Notes: a model not told the origin generated them from the letters alone. DNA of 63,866 bases, filler included, from Lama guanicoe (GCA_013239625.1; 197 parts of 197 records of this genome joined end to end with filler, not necessarily neighbours in it); one strand, 5' to 3'. Shown: positions 9,621-22,696, numbered from the whole stretch's first letter. A program made the numbers and translations.

Positions 9621-12600
9621 NNNNNNNNNNNNNNNNNNNNNNNNNNNNNNNNNNNNNNNNNNNNTTAATTAATTAANNNNNNNNNNNNNNNNNNNNNNNN
9701 NNNNNNNNNNNNNNNNNNNNCTCCTTTTCTGTAAGCTACATGAGGCAGATTTTTTCAGTCTGGACCTGAACTGTATGGTGGACAGACCCCGGAAAAGTAG
9801 CCTTCTAACTCAGTTCTGTGATGGATGCAAAAATATGTCTAAAATATTTATATAACCATCAAGGACATGCTTTTCAATATGATTTATAATATAGCTTACT
9901 AGTTTAAATTTTTAGTTACTTTAGATGTTAAAAATAAGTATAAANNNNNNNNNNNNNNNNNNNNNNNNNNNNNNNNNNNNNNNNNNNNTTAATTAATTAA
10001 NNNNNNNNNNNNNNNNNNNNNNNNNNNNNNNNNNNNNNNNNNNNATGGCACATGGTGCTGGAAGATCCAGAAAAATGTCTTTACTCTCATATACTTTGGA
10101 GGGTTAAAACTTCTGCAAGAAATGACCAGAAAATAATGCATGGTGCCTAGTAAAGAAGCTGAACACTGGATGTCAACGATTATAAATGCTACAAGGAGAA
10201 ATGAGCCTACGGCCTGGATCTGCCATGGGAAAGGTATGACTTGAATTTAACTTTGAAAGAAAATTTGANNNNNNNNNNNNNNNNNNNNNNNNNNNNNNNN
10301 NNNNNNNNNNNNTTAATTAATTAANNNNNNNNNNNNNNNNNNNNNNNNNNNNNNNNNNNNNNNNNNNNAGTATTTTCCAATCATTGGTTGTTTAAGAGCT
10401 ATCTTCATCATATTTTCAATTTCCTACCCTACCTCTGCTATTATTTATACATTAAAAATTGATTCAATGTTAAAGTCTTATATTTTGGCTAGTTATATGC
10501 TTTCTAATATATATTTTTAAAATTAAAATTTTTTTATTACAATAATGTTTGCTTAGGTATTTGCTAAAATAATCTCACATATTCACAGTGTTNNNNNNNN
10601 NNNNNNNNNNNNNNNNNNNNNNNNNNNNNNNNNNNNTTAATTAATTAANNNNNNNNNNNNNNNNNNNNNNNNNNNNNNNNNNNNNNNNNNNNCAGAGTTT
10701 CTGGAGTACATCAGAACAAGCAGGAACTAAAAATACCTTTAAGAAAGCACCAGTATAGACATTGCTTATAGTCTGGTATCTGTCTAAAAGTTAATTCTTT
10801 AAAGCAGGAAGCTGTAACACTCAATTTCTTAAGCATATATAAATATTCTTGACTCAATGACATTCTCTGTGAGGTGATGCTGCTTTTGTCTCCATTCTGA
10901 GCATTGAAATGCCTTCNNNNNNNNNNNNNNNNNNNNNNNNNNNNNNNNNNNNNNNNNNNNTTAATTAATTAANNNNNNNNNNNNNNNNNNNNNNNNNNNN
11001 NNNNNNNNNNNNNNNNAAGACTGGGCAAAATATCACCTCCGGATTCTGGAATAAATGGCAAAATACATTTTTAAAAATAATTTGAAAGAGACTGAGCCAC
11101 GCTGTTCATCGCTGCTCCAGAAATACTGCGAGGAAAACAGATACTATGCATGTGTATCAGAAAGGAAGATAAAAAGTATGCCTGTGCAAATGCATTATTT
11201 GGTACACAGAGAGTCTGAAGTAATCTACACACAGCCACCGNNNNNNNNNNNNNNNNNNNNNNNNNNNNNNNNNNNNNNNNNNNNTTAATTAATTAANNNN
11301 NNNNNNNNNNNNNNNNNNNNNNNNNNNNNNNNNNNNNNNNGAAATTATTCTTATGCAGTTTTAACCATTTCTGCTTTCCACACTGATTTTAAAAAAAATC
11401 TCTATTTAAGGTATCCGTATTTTTAAACACTTGACTCTGGTCTAGGTTTTCTATTTTGCTCTGTTGATTTTTTTATTTTTTGGTCTATTCTTAGACTAAT
11501 ACCACATTCTTTTACTTATTATAACTTTAAAGTGAAAGTCGACAAACAGTCATATGTGTCTCTCNNNNNNNNNNNNNNNNNNNNNNNNNNNNNNNNNNNN
11601 NNNNNNNNTTAATTAATTAANNNNNNNNNNNNNNNNNNNNNNNNNNNNNNNNNNNNNNNNNNNNGGGGGGTGCTCCTTGACCCCGTCTGTACCCTATGCA
11701 ACGCTGGCTTTGCGTAAGCTCTATAACATGCCCGGGCCCCTTCGACTCCCTGCACGTCGGCCTGCGTGCACAACCCCTGTATGTCACAGATGCCTCCTGC
11801 AGCCCGTCCGGGCACCCTCTCCTTCCGGGCTAAGCGCCAGCCCTCGCCCAGCCTGCCCTCGCTCCTGCTGCCCGCCCCCCATCGGCCCNNNNNNNNNNNN
11901 NNNNNNNNNNNNNNNNNNNNNNNNNNNNNNNNTTAATTAATTAANNNNNNNNNNNNNNNNNNNNNNNNNNNNNNNNNNNNNNNNNNNNACCATCTTTATT
12001 TACACATCATGCACTCTTATAAGGCAATGAGCACAAATTGGTTTTTACCACGTCAGAAGTGAAGGAGACACAATACTTTTGTAAGTGGAAGGAATCACAT
12101 GAATAAATGACAGAGGTAGCATCATAAGATATGTCACATTTCCTCAAATTGATAAATGTATGGTGCTTGGGCTGGGGAAGATTAATTAAAACTAAAAACT
12201 ATGTCCATTTCTNNNNNNNNNNNNNNNNNNNNNNNNNNNNNNNNNNNNNNNNNNNNTTAATTAATTAANNNNNNNNNNNNNNNNNNNNNNNNNNNNNNNN
12301 NNNNNNNNNNNNAAACACACCGATCATCTCTGCCTTCAAATCAGTTTCCTGTGGTTCAAAAAGAGGGATCAAACCTGCTGTCCTGAGAGAACAGACAACC
12401 TTTCAGAAGTGGGTGGACTAATCGTGGACTGCTAGTGTTCAACGTGAGACACTAGGATGGCAGTCTGCGGCAGGAAAAGCACTTTGCCTAGCAAACTTTT
12501 ATATGAACTTCCAAAAAATTTTCTAAAGCTTTCACANNNNNNNNNNNNNNNNNNNNNNNNNNNNNNNNNNNNNNNNNNNNTTAATTAATTAANNNNNNNN

Positions 12601-12960
12601 NNNNNNNNNNNNNNNNNNNNNNNNNNNNNNNNNNNNCTTTTATTTTCATACTTTAAAAAATTATGTTTAGAAGAGATGTAAAGTTTCTTAAGATATTTAT
12701 AATTAATCATTTTGGTATCAGGTCTGATTAGTAAGATAAATTAATAAAGATCATGATGACCTCCAGCTGGTTATTCTCATGCTGAAGTCAGACCTGAAAC
12801 CAGGAAATCATTCCAAGGATGATCTTTAAGACAAAGAATACCGGAGTCTGATCATTTTTCNNNNNNNNNNNNNNNNNNNNNNNNNNNNNNNNNNNNNNNN
12901 NNNNTTAATTAATTAANNNNNNNNNNNNNNNNNNNNNNNNNNNNNNNNNNNNNNNNNNNN

Positions 12961-13088
12961 ATGTGCCTTACAGTGTGTGGTGTGTTACAGTAGAATTCAC
13001 AGTAGTATTTTTTTTCTCTCTTTCTTGGCACAGAAATTAGTGGTGCATTTTACAATTGACAGAGACCTAGGCATGATGAAATATGGTA
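12961..13088. mobile_element. MER104/Kanga-like (TcMar-Tc2) terminal fragment; also present in the partner copy
   Basis: ggtgcattttacaattgacagagacctaggcatgatgaaatatggta resembles the Tc2-type terminus ...atgaaatacgg followed by TA. Confidence 0.5.
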
Positions 13089-13508
13089 AATAAATAGACA
13101 ATTAGAGAATAGGAAAGAAACATACAAAGGTATGAGCATAGGAAAAAAGATACCCATCAAATAGTTATTTGAAGTTACCTTTAGNNNNNNNNNNNNNNNN
13201 NNNNNNNNNNNNNNNNNNNNNNNNNNNNTTAATTAATTAANNNNNNNNNNNNNNNNNNNNNNNNNNNNNNNNNNNNNNNNNNNNATGTGCCTTACAGTGT
13301 GTGGTGTGTTACAGTAGAATTCACAGTAGTATTGTTTTTCTCTCTTTCTTGGCACAGAAATTAGTGGTGCATTTTATAATTGACAGAGACCTAGGCATGA
13401 TGAAATATGGTAAATAAATAGACAAGTAGAGAGTAGGAAAGAAACATACAAAGGTATGGGCATAGGAAAAAAGATACCCATCAAATAGTTATTTGAAGTT
13501 ACCTTTAG
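12961..13508 (+). repeat. Bubble pair 2: 12961-13184 vs 13285-13508
   Basis: 5 substitutions; first and last 49 bp identical. Confidence 0.97.
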
Positions 13509-14256
13509 NNNNNNNNNNNNNNNNNNNNNNNNNNNNNNNNNNNNNNNNNNNNTTAATTAATTAANNNNNNNNNNNNNNNNNNNNNNNNNNNNNNNNNNNN
13601 NNNNNNNNATGATGGGTGTGCTAAACGCCGCATCTTCTACTTGGACTTTCCATCACTACATCGCTGCCTTGAGAGAAGATGTGCAGGTGGTGTCAGTGCA
13701 GAGGGCACTTGCCCAGCCTTGCCTCCCTCCTTGTCACCTAACTTGTTTGATCCCTGATCACCCAGTGTGTTTGGGACGCTGGATGGGCTGGCACGTCACA
13801 CCACGTACACTTCAGCCTGCTACCCGGGCAGCNNNNNNNNNNNNNNNNNNNNNNNNNNNNNNNNNNNNNNNNNNNNTTAATTAATTAANNNNNNNNNNNN
13901 NNNNNNNNNNNNNNNNNNNNNNNNNNNNNNNNTTACAAAGTGAAAAGTCAATCCATAGAAGTAGACTCACAGACAAAAAAACCTTTAACTATGAAAACTT
14001 GTGTTAAAAGAATATCCATAAAAATGGATGGGAATGTGAAGGGGTGGGGAGTTGCTATACAGATATGGAATTGTAAATAGAATGAAATGGAAATCTTAAA
14101 ACTGCTAAAGTGCCCAGAGGAAAAAAGTCTTGAAAAAATAGGACCAGTGTCTCAGTNNNNNNNNNNNNNNNNNNNNNNNNNNNNNNNNNNNNNNNNNNNN
14201 TTAATTAATTAANNNNNNNNNNNNNNNNNNNNNNNNNNNNNNNNNNNNNNNNNNNN

Positions 14257-14480
14257 CAGAAGGAACCCTACTTCAAAAAGACACCTGTGCCCCAATGTTC
14301 ATAGCGGCACTATTTACAATAGCCAAAACATGGAGACAGCCTAAATGTCCATCCACAGATGACTGTATAAAGAAGAAGTGGTATACTTATACAATGGAAT
14401 ACTGTTCAGCCATAAAAACCAACAACATCACGCCATTTGCAGCAACATGGTTGTTCCTGGAGAATGTCATTGTAAGTGAA
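14257..14480 (+). mobile_element. Relatively young L1 ORF2 C-terminal fragment, frame open
   Basis: Frame from 14259: EGTLLQKDTCAPMFIAALFTIAKTWRQPKCPSTDDCIKKKWYTYTMEYCSAIKTNNITPFAATWLFLENVIVSE, the ORF2 C-terminal motif. Confidence 0.95.
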
Positions 14481-15053
14481 NNNNNNNNNNNNNNNNNNNN
14501 NNNNNNNNNNNNNNNNNNNNNNNNTTAATTAATTAANNNNNNNNNNNNNNNNNNNNNNNNNNNNNNNNNNNNNNNNNNNNTTTGTGATCACTTGAAGTTG
14601 AAATTTCTTGGGATTCTTCATCTTCTTTGAGGCCATAAAATCCTCTAGTCTGGATAGCCTGCCTTGAAAAGAGGCAAATTATTTTATCTTTGGTGGGTAT
14701 GACAGCTCACAAATAACATGTCACATATGTGAAACATATTGTTACCATTTGGTTGTTTCACAAATTCACCACAAATTTTGAGTCATTGTGTTCTTGAAAA
14801 AAAANNNNNNNNNNNNNNNNNNNNNNNNNNNNNNNNNNNNNNNNNNNNTTAATTAATTAANNNNNNNNNNNNNNNNNNNNNNNNNNNNNNNNNNNNNNNN
14901 NNNNACTCTCTGACCACTATCTGACCCTCATTCAAAGAATCTAGGCACATTAGCCTTCATTTTCAGTTCCTCTACAATGCATTCTATTATATCCAGTGGC
15001 TCTGCCCTCAGAAGAAGATTTTTCATTTAAAGAATAATGAAAAAGTTATATAA

Positions 15054-15128
15054 GAGATCAGAACAAGATGGCCAAGTAAGAAGATCCTGGCCTCACCTCC
15101 TCCCACGGACACAACTACACATAGAGAA
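15054..15128 (+). mobile_element. Probable L1 5' UTR start
   Basis: caagatggccaagtaagaagatcctggcctcacctcctcccacggacacaac: YY1-type AAGATGG start following an A-rich site. Confidence 0.55.
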
Positions 15129-15579
15129 NNNNNNNNNNNNNNNNNNNNNNNNNNNNNNNNNNNNNNNNNNNNTTAATTAATTAANNNNNNNNNNNNNNNN
15201 NNNNNNNNNNNNNNNNNNNNNNNNNNNNCCCAGAGCAGCTGAAATCCCGGAGAGCCCCGGGAGATGTCAGATGGCACAGATGGCAAAGGAGAGAGCAGCA
15301 AGCACCTCCCCTTGACCATCTCGTGTGTTCGAGCTATTCCTGTCGGCGCACTGTCTGCGCACGGACAGTGCTTTCAATCCCTTCGCATTTCTCAGTTTTG
15401 TCTAGACATTCTTTTCCATGACTTCTCCGCTCCCAGCCTTAAGTTTCCTGCCNNNNNNNNNNNNNNNNNNNNNNNNNNNNNNNNNNNNNNNNNNNNTTAA
15501 TTAATTAANNNNNNNNNNNNNNNNNNNNNNNNNNNNNNNNNNNNNNNNNNNNATGGGATCTGTTCCTTTGGCTTTAACC

Positions 15580-15665
15580 CTGTGCCCTGTTTTCTAGGCT
15601 TCATCTTGGCTAGCTCTGCACCTGTTGTAAAAGAATGCTGCCTTTAGCCTGAAATATACAGGAAG
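15580..15665 (+). mobile_element. ERV LTR fragment
   Basis: ctctgcacctgttgtaaaagaatgctgcctttagcctgaaatatacagga resembles laurasiatherian ERV1 LTRs. Confidence 0.5.
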
Positions 15666-17823
15666 TATTTAAAACATAGGGAATCTTCTCTCTCCAGAGG
15701 CTTCAAAATATTAACGTTTTCTCTCACTAGATCTTAGTAATCAACCACCATTTTGTTACAAAAACTGTTATCAAAANNNNNNNNNNNNNNNNNNNNNNNN
15801 NNNNNNNNNNNNNNNNNNNNTTAATTAATTAANNNNNNNNNNNNNNNNNNNNNNNNNNNNNNNNNNNNNNNNNNNNCCTGTAAAAGCTGCACTCAAGTCC
15901 AGTGAGACCTGCCGTTTGGTGTCGCGTGGACGTAGGTGTGTGTGGGGCCAGGGTGTCTAACGTTGGTCAAGCACAGACCAGATGCCGGGTGCTTCCTTTG
16001 ATTGTCTGGTTTCATATCCTCACAAAACAAAAACAGAGGTCAGAGGTTAAACGACTTCCCCCAGCGTCACCCACCTGGTGGGAGCGGAGCCTAGACCCTC
16101 NNNNNNNNNNNNNNNNNNNNNNNNNNNNNNNNNNNNNNNNNNNNTTAATTAATTAANNNNNNNNNNNNNNNNNNNNNNNNNNNNNNNNNNNNNNNNNNNN
16201 CCTTTCCCCAGCAAGATTCCTACTGACCTCAGTGGAACTTCAAAAATTGAAATAACTTCAGGGAAGCTTGCATGCATGATTTTAACACACTCACTGAAAG
16301 ATAGTCAAGCCTTTAAAAATTTTCCCTGAACACCGGCGTACGCTCATTGCAATTTTCTTTCAGGGATCACCATTATGAGGGTTGCTAGGAAAGTTTCTTC
16401 TTAATCATTCACAAGCTCTCATATNNNNNNNNNNNNNNNNNNNNNNNNNNNNNNNNNNNNNNNNNNNNTTAATTAATTAANNNNNNNNNNNNNNNNNNNN
16501 NNNNNNNNNNNNNNNNNNNNNNNNTTTGACCTTTTACTATATTTATTTATTAATTTATTTTATTAGTTTTTGCTTCCACCAATCAAATGTTGGCTCTTAT
16601 GGGAGACGGGAGATAGTCTCTTTTTTCCGTCCGCACACCATGCTTTTGGATCACTGTATCTTTTGAATAAAGAAATTCTGCCCCACTCCACCCCCACCAT
16701 GTGGGACTATTTGATTTGGTTACCATGGAGACGGCCACTGGTTAACAGANNNNNNNNNNNNNNNNNNNNNNNNNNNNNNNNNNNNNNNNNNNNTTAATTA
16801 ATTAANNNNNNNNNNNNNNNNNNNNNNNNNNNNNNNNNNNNNNNNNNNNACATGGTGCAGCAGAAGCCTATTTTGCAGGCAGCTGATAATCCTCACTTCC
16901 CCCTCAATCACCCTCTCTCCTGCCTTCAGTAACTGTGACTTCCAGACAAAGGGGCCAGCATGGAGCCAATGACTTTAGATCACACCCATCATGATCCTGA
17001 CCAATATTCTAACCCCAGGACCTTTCACTGTCAAGCTCTGCTCCCTGATTTATCATGAATCAAAACCTGTCTCTNNNNNNNNNNNNNNNNNNNNNNNNNN
17101 NNNNNNNNNNNNNNNNNNTTAATTAATTAANNNNNNNNNNNNNNNNNNNNNNNNNNNNNNNNNNNNNNNNNNNNCCCCCCCCCCGCCATGGATACTCCAT
17201 GTTGGACCTCCCTGCCACCTGCTGAGTGCTCACAGAGCTGTCACACATATCTATCTGCTGGACTGGGTTTTCTTCAAGATCTTGGAGACTGGTCTGCCTC
17301 CCACCTTCCAGCTACTCCACCTACCCCAGACCCCTTTCTGAATCAGCCACACCCACTTAGAAGCAACATGTGAGCACTACTGGTATTCAGGGAAGGAANN
17401 NNNNNNNNNNNNNNNNNNNNNNNNNNNNNNNNNNNNNNNNNNTTAATTAATTAANNNNNNNNNNNNNNNNNNNNNNNNNNNNNNNNNNNNNNNNNNNNGA
17501 GACACGGGCTCCTGACACCTGAGTCTAGAATATGAACTCTGTCCACGCGGGTCCCCCAGCATCCCCTAGGAACTACCTCCCCCTCCCCATCCTCAGTCTG
17601 CTGGGCCAGGAGTGGGCATGCCCGGTGCTGCTGGGATGCAGCAGCCCTTCTGCTCTGTCCTCGCTGCCCTTCCTGGAGCTGCTCCCGCAGGCCACTCAGT
17701 GAAGGGGCGACATCACAGCAACANNNNNNNNNNNNNNNNNNNNNNNNNNNNNNNNNNNNNNNNNNNNTTAATTAATTAANNNNNNNNNNNNNNNNNNNNN
17801 NNNNNNNNNNNNNNNNNNNNNNN

Positions 17824-18047
17824 ATACACTAACAACAAACTATCAGAAAGAGAAATAAGAATTCAATACAATTTACAATCCCATCCAAAAGAACAAAATG
17901 CCTAGAAATAAACTTACCCAAGGAGGTAAAAAACATGTACTTGCAAAACTCAAAGACATTGATGAAAGAATTGAAGATGACACAAACAGATGGAAGGATA
18001 TACCATGTTCGTGGACTGGAAGAATTAATATTGTTAAAATGACCATA
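17824..18047 (+). mobile_element. L1 ORF2 fragment (bubble partner of 40894-41118, reverse complement)
   Basis: Encodes [26 protein letters not shown]. Confidence 0.95.
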
Positions 18048-18804
18048 NNNNNNNNNNNNNNNNNNNNNNNNNNNNNNNNNNNNNNNNNNNNTTAATTAAT
18101 TAANNNNNNNNNNNNNNNNNNNNNNNNNNNNNNNNNNNNNNNNNNNNAAACACTGAAACATTTCCAATTTCTCACTAATATTCTCCAAATTGTAATATAT
18201 TACAAGATTTTCACTGATATTCTGTGAGAAAGAAAACGTTTCCTTGGTCATATAAACTTGCAAGTACTGGGTTAAATATTAAACATATTGTTATCAAATG
18301 TCTCCTTAGAGCCATTAAAATGTGATGGTTGTTCTGAATCTCCACTGAAAAACTAGAAAATGAAGGCTTTCTNNNNNNNNNNNNNNNNNNNNNNNNNNNN
18401 NNNNNNNNNNNNNNNNTTAATTAATTAANNNNNNNNNNNNNNNNNNNNNNNNNNNNNNNNNNNNNNNNNNNNTCTGAGAGCAATTTTTTTTCCCCTTTAC
18501 CTAGCTAATGCTGTGTCAAGGCATTCTCAACAGAAGCAAGTGAAAAAGATTAATGGATAGATGTGATTTTATCACGAAAATTTAAGGAATCTAAGAGACA
18601 CACTATATGAGCAAATAGAAATGAAAGTATAGCTAATGCAAGCTTGACGGTTTCTGCAAAGTGTGCCACAGTCCACATTGTCATACATTTCATATCANNN
18701 NNNNNNNNNNNNNNNNNNNNNNNNNNNNNNNNNNNNNNNNNTTAATTAATTAANNNNNNNNNNNNNNNNNNNNNNNNNNNNNNNNNNNNNNNNNNNNTAA
18801 CTTA

Positions 18805-18925
18805 AATATATTAGCATTAATTTCCTCACTTGTTTTATTAATCAGGTTAAGAATTCTCATTCCCAGAGTTTCTTACGAGGATTACCTGAAGTTCCACATG
18901 TAAAGCACTTAGCATACCTCCTAGG
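18805..18925 (+). mobile_element. MIR SINE (degraded)
   Basis: aatttcctcacttg...ttacgaggattacctgaagttccacatgtaaagcacttagca. Confidence 0.55.
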
Positions 18926-19122
18926 GCACTGTAGTCATTTAGCTAACATCAGTTTCCTCTGCTAATTCTTAGGGTAACCTAAGAATCCATCAGGGATAAG
19001 CTCCACTCCCTTCCTCTAAACTNNNNNNNNNNNNNNNNNNNNNNNNNNNNNNNNNNNNNNNNNNNNTTAATTAATTAANNNNNNNNNNNNNNNNNNNNNN
19101 NNNNNNNNNNNNNNNNNNNNNN

Positions 19123-19997
19123 TGCCCTTGTGACCATGGCTTCCTCTGTTCAGCATATCCCACAGTAGGAATCCCAGCTCGCCAGCAGGGCAGCATCTGC
19201 TGTCTTTTAGCATGAATCTTTAACAGTGATTCATGTAGGAGACCCATAACCGTCCGAAAAGGTAAGGTGCAGAAAGCCTCATGTTTCACAAAATTCAATG
19301 CCTGTAACAGTTCCATGGGATAGCTTCCAGGGTCCCCAAGAAGACATNNNNNNNNNNNNNNNNNNNNNNNNNNNNNNNNNNNNNNNNNNNNTTAATTAAT
19401 TAANNNNNNNNNNNNNNNNNNNNNNNNNNNNNNNNNNNNNNNNNNNNAGGAGAAGCAAAATCATGGGGAATAGTAATAAGTATGTGGGGTTAAAATGCCA
19501 GCAGTTTGGTTTAGTGATGTTTTAATGAGGACAGCCAATTTTGGGTGGGGAAAATAGCGTGCACTGAGTACCTTTATGGCGACCGAACTTGGAGGAAGCT
19601 AAGTACAGGGTAGTGATGACCTGTTCCAAGGTGATAGCTGTGAAAAGAGGTCAGAAGAGCCTGAACTCTTGGNNNNNNNNNNNNNNNNNNNNNNNNNNNN
19701 NNNNNNNNNNNNNNNNTTAATTAATTAANNNNNNNNNNNNNNNNNNNNNNNNNNNNNNNNNNNNNNNNNNNNTGCCCTTGTGACCATGGCTTCCTCTGTT
19801 CAGCATATCCCACAGTAGGAACCTCAGCTCGCCAGCAGGGCAGCATCTGCTGTCTCTTAGCATGAATCTTTAACAGTGATTCATGTAGGAGACCCATAAC
19901 CGTCTGAAAAGGTAAGGTGCAGAAAGCCTCATGTTTCACAAAATTCAGTGCCTGTAACAGTTCCATGGGATAGCTTCCAGGGTCCCCAAGAAGACAT
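19123..19997 (+). repeat. Bubble pair 3: 19123-19347 vs 19773-19997 (unrelated fragment between them)
   Basis: 5 substitutions; first and last 49 bp identical. Confidence 0.97.
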
Positions 19998-20173
19998 NNN
20001 NNNNNNNNNNNNNNNNNNNNNNNNNNNNNNNNNNNNNNNNNTTAATTAATTAANNNNNNNNNNNNNNNNNNNNNNNNNNNNNNNNNNNNNNNNNNNNGAC
20101 TGTATTATTAAGTGGTTAAAGGCATCAAAACACTAAGATGGTAAAAGTTCTAATAATTTGGTCACTTGGGTAA

Positions 20174-20242
20174 GAATATATAATATAATATATATATTAT
20201 AATATATAATATAATATAATATAATATGTAATATATAATAAA
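20174..20242. repeat. AT-rich (TATAA)-like microsatellite
   Basis: aatatataatataatatatatattataatatataatataatataat... Confidence 0.9.
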
Positions 20243-20747
20243 TGCACTGACTTGTAAGATATTTACCCATAGTTTCTACATTTCTCTTTATAGCAGTTTT
20301 GAAAGTCATTTAGGCTATTGCTNNNNNNNNNNNNNNNNNNNNNNNNNNNNNNNNNNNNNNNNNNNNTTAATTAATTAANNNNNNNNNNNNNNNNNNNNNN
20401 NNNNNNNNNNNNNNNNNNNNNNGGGGTAGGAAGAGGAAGGGAAACGGGAACCTGCTACATCCAGGTTGGATCTGGAAGGCCCGTGGATGGGTAGCCAGTG
20501 CCAAGCTCTCCTCTCTGCATCTGACCATGAAGGCTGGGACCGTGCACATTCTCTTGCGTGCAGAAATCCTGGCGCATCAGCCTCTGCCCCAACCCCATTG
20601 GACATCACCAGTGGCAAACAGGTTGACAGTCAGTTAATCAATGGATANNNNNNNNNNNNNNNNNNNNNNNNNNNNNNNNNNNNNNNNNNNNTTAATTAAT
20701 TAANNNNNNNNNNNNNNNNNNNNNNNNNNNNNNNNNNNNNNNNNNNN

Positions 20748-20951
20748 GAGGAGGACGTGGAGGAGCAGGAGGTGGAGGAGGAGGAGGAAAATGTGGAGGA
20801 GGAGGAGGAGGTGGAGGAGGAGGTGGAGGAGGAGGTTGTTGAGGAGAAAGAGGATGTCGAGGACGAGGAGGATGAGGAGAAGGATGTGGAGGAGGAGGAT
20901 GTGGAGGAGGAAGATGTGGAGGTGGAGAAGGATGAGGAGGATGTGGAGTAG
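20748..20951 (+). repeat. Degenerate (GAG)n repeat reading as an acidic E/D/V tract ending in TAG
   Basis: 67 in-frame codons EEDVEEQEVEEEEENV...EKDEEDVE then a stop. Confidence 0.85.
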
Positions 20952-21071
20952 GACAAATAACCAATCAGGAGNNNNNNNNNNNNNNNNNNNNNNNNNNNNN
21001 NNNNNNNNNNNNNNNTTAATTAATTAANNNNNNNNNNNNNNNNNNNNNNNNNNNNNNNNNNNNNNNNNNNN

Positions 21072-21205
21072 GCGGAATCTCAGGGTGGCTTTTGGTCCCA
21101 GTGGGATATTGTAGGCACAAGCTTTGCTAGCAGGACAAGGGGGCAGTATTAAGATCTCTCCATTATATTTATAGATCTGACCAAAATGTGGGAAGCCATC
21201 AGGGA
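21072..21205 (+). mobile_element. Ancient RTE-clade LINE reverse-transcriptase relic (copy A; bubble pair 4 with 24647-24871)
   Basis: Frame 1: AESQGGFWSQWDIVGTSFASRTRGQY*DLSIIFIDLTK, compared with the RTE RT pattern PESQCGFR..DMIF..RQ..EQ..DLY..FIDLTKAFD. Confidence 0.6.
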
Positions 21206-21396
21206 CGCTGAGGCTCTAGCCATGATTAGTCTGTGTTCACCAGTGCGCATAACTTACTTCTTGATGGGGGTGTCAGAGTCCCCATTACCTGGGGCANNNN
21301 NNNNNNNNNNNNNNNNNNNNNNNNNNNNNNNNNNNNNNNNTTAATTAATTAANNNNNNNNNNNNNNNNNNNNNNNNNNNNNNNNNNNNNNNNNNNN

Positions 21397-21621
21397 ACAT
21401 GTTTACAAAACAGAAAGAGACTCACAAACACAGAAAAGAAACTTAGGATTACCAGGGGGAAAGCAGAGGGAAGGGATAACTTTGGAGTGTGGGATGAGCA
21501 GATAAAAACTACTACATACAGAACAGACAAACAACAAGGCCCTGCTGTAGAGCACAGGGAGCCATACTCACAAACTTGTAAAAGCCTACAATGAAAAAAA
21601 ATCTGTACGTGCATAACTCCA
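21397..21621 (+). mobile_element. Cetartiodactyl-type L1 3' UTR
   Basis: tttacaaaacagaaagagactcacaaacacag...ttaccagggggaaag...aacaacaaggccctgctgtagagcacaggga. Confidence 0.85.
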
Positions 21622-22548
21622 NNNNNNNNNNNNNNNNNNNNNNNNNNNNNNNNNNNNNNNNNNNNTTAATTAATTAANNNNNNNNNNNNNNNNNNNNNNN
21701 NNNNNNNNNNNNNNNNNNNNNAACATGTGCTTTGGAAACAAGGTTTAGTTTCTTTGTTTGATTTTTTTTTGACCTTTACTTTAGAAGTCATTTTGAAATG
21801 TTATACCTATTGATAATTATCTTTGAAGCCTGGGAAGGGAGTTGTGAATGAGCCGGTTAATATCTCAGGAAGGCGGGGGCTGGCCCCTTGTGAGGGCTGA
21901 TTGATAGAAGATGAGTCTCTCTATCGCCCCTGCAATCTCAAAGTTGNNNNNNNNNNNNNNNNNNNNNNNNNNNNNNNNNNNNNNNNNNNNTTAATTAATT
22001 AANNNNNNNNNNNNNNNNNNNNNNNNNNNNNNNNNNNNNNNNNNNNCTCTGGAGAATGGGTGCTGCACTTTAGAAGGCAGTGGTGTGTTTGAGAAGACAG
22101 CTGCACAGGCAGTTACAGCACCAGGAATGCACGTATCGTGGAACGATGTAAACCAGCCATGAGCGATGTGTGATCATCCAGCTGCTTCCATCAGCCAGGC
22201 CTTGGGCAGGCCCAGCGGACTCGTTGCTGGCAGCTCCGCGTGGCCACAGGGGAGGTCGGGGCTGAGGTGGCNNNNNNNNNNNNNNNNNNNNNNNNNNNNN
22301 NNNNNNNNNNNNNNNTTAATTAATTAANNNNNNNNNNNNNNNNNNNNNNNNNNNNNNNNNNNNNNNNNNNNTTTAGCCTCCATTTTTCTTTCCCTATACT
22401 GATACAAAAAGTATGACCAACGATGGAAAAAATGACCCACAGAGGTCAGCTGAGCTGAAATAAAAAGTCTCCTTAGCTAGAAGAGGTCCGTGGTTAGCTT
22501 TGGGCTTTGCAAACACATTGCCTGCCTTAATCTGTTATTTACAAAGGA

Positions 22549-22596
22549 TATGACCTGGGACAAGTTACTTAACCTCTCTAAGCCTCAGTTTTTTCA
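22549..22596 (+). mobile_element. MIR core
   Basis: tgacctgggacaagttacttaacctctctaagcctcagttttttca. Confidence 0.8.
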
Positions 22597-22696
22597 NNNN
22601 NNNNNNNNNNNNNNNNNNNNNNNNNNNNNNNNNNNNNNNNTTAATTAATTAANNNNNNNNNNNNNNNNNNNNNNNNNNNNNNNNNNNNNNNNNNNN

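Noticed and set aside
17188..17373. Self-contained 61-aa ORF with a Kozak-like gccATGG
   Set aside because: No recognisable homology; the context comes from a C run at the contig edge. Not supportable without expression data.
20692..21027. Poly-Pro, poly-Ser and protamine-like poly-Arg ORFs
   Set aside because: These are alternative-frame readings of the same GAG-rich repeat.
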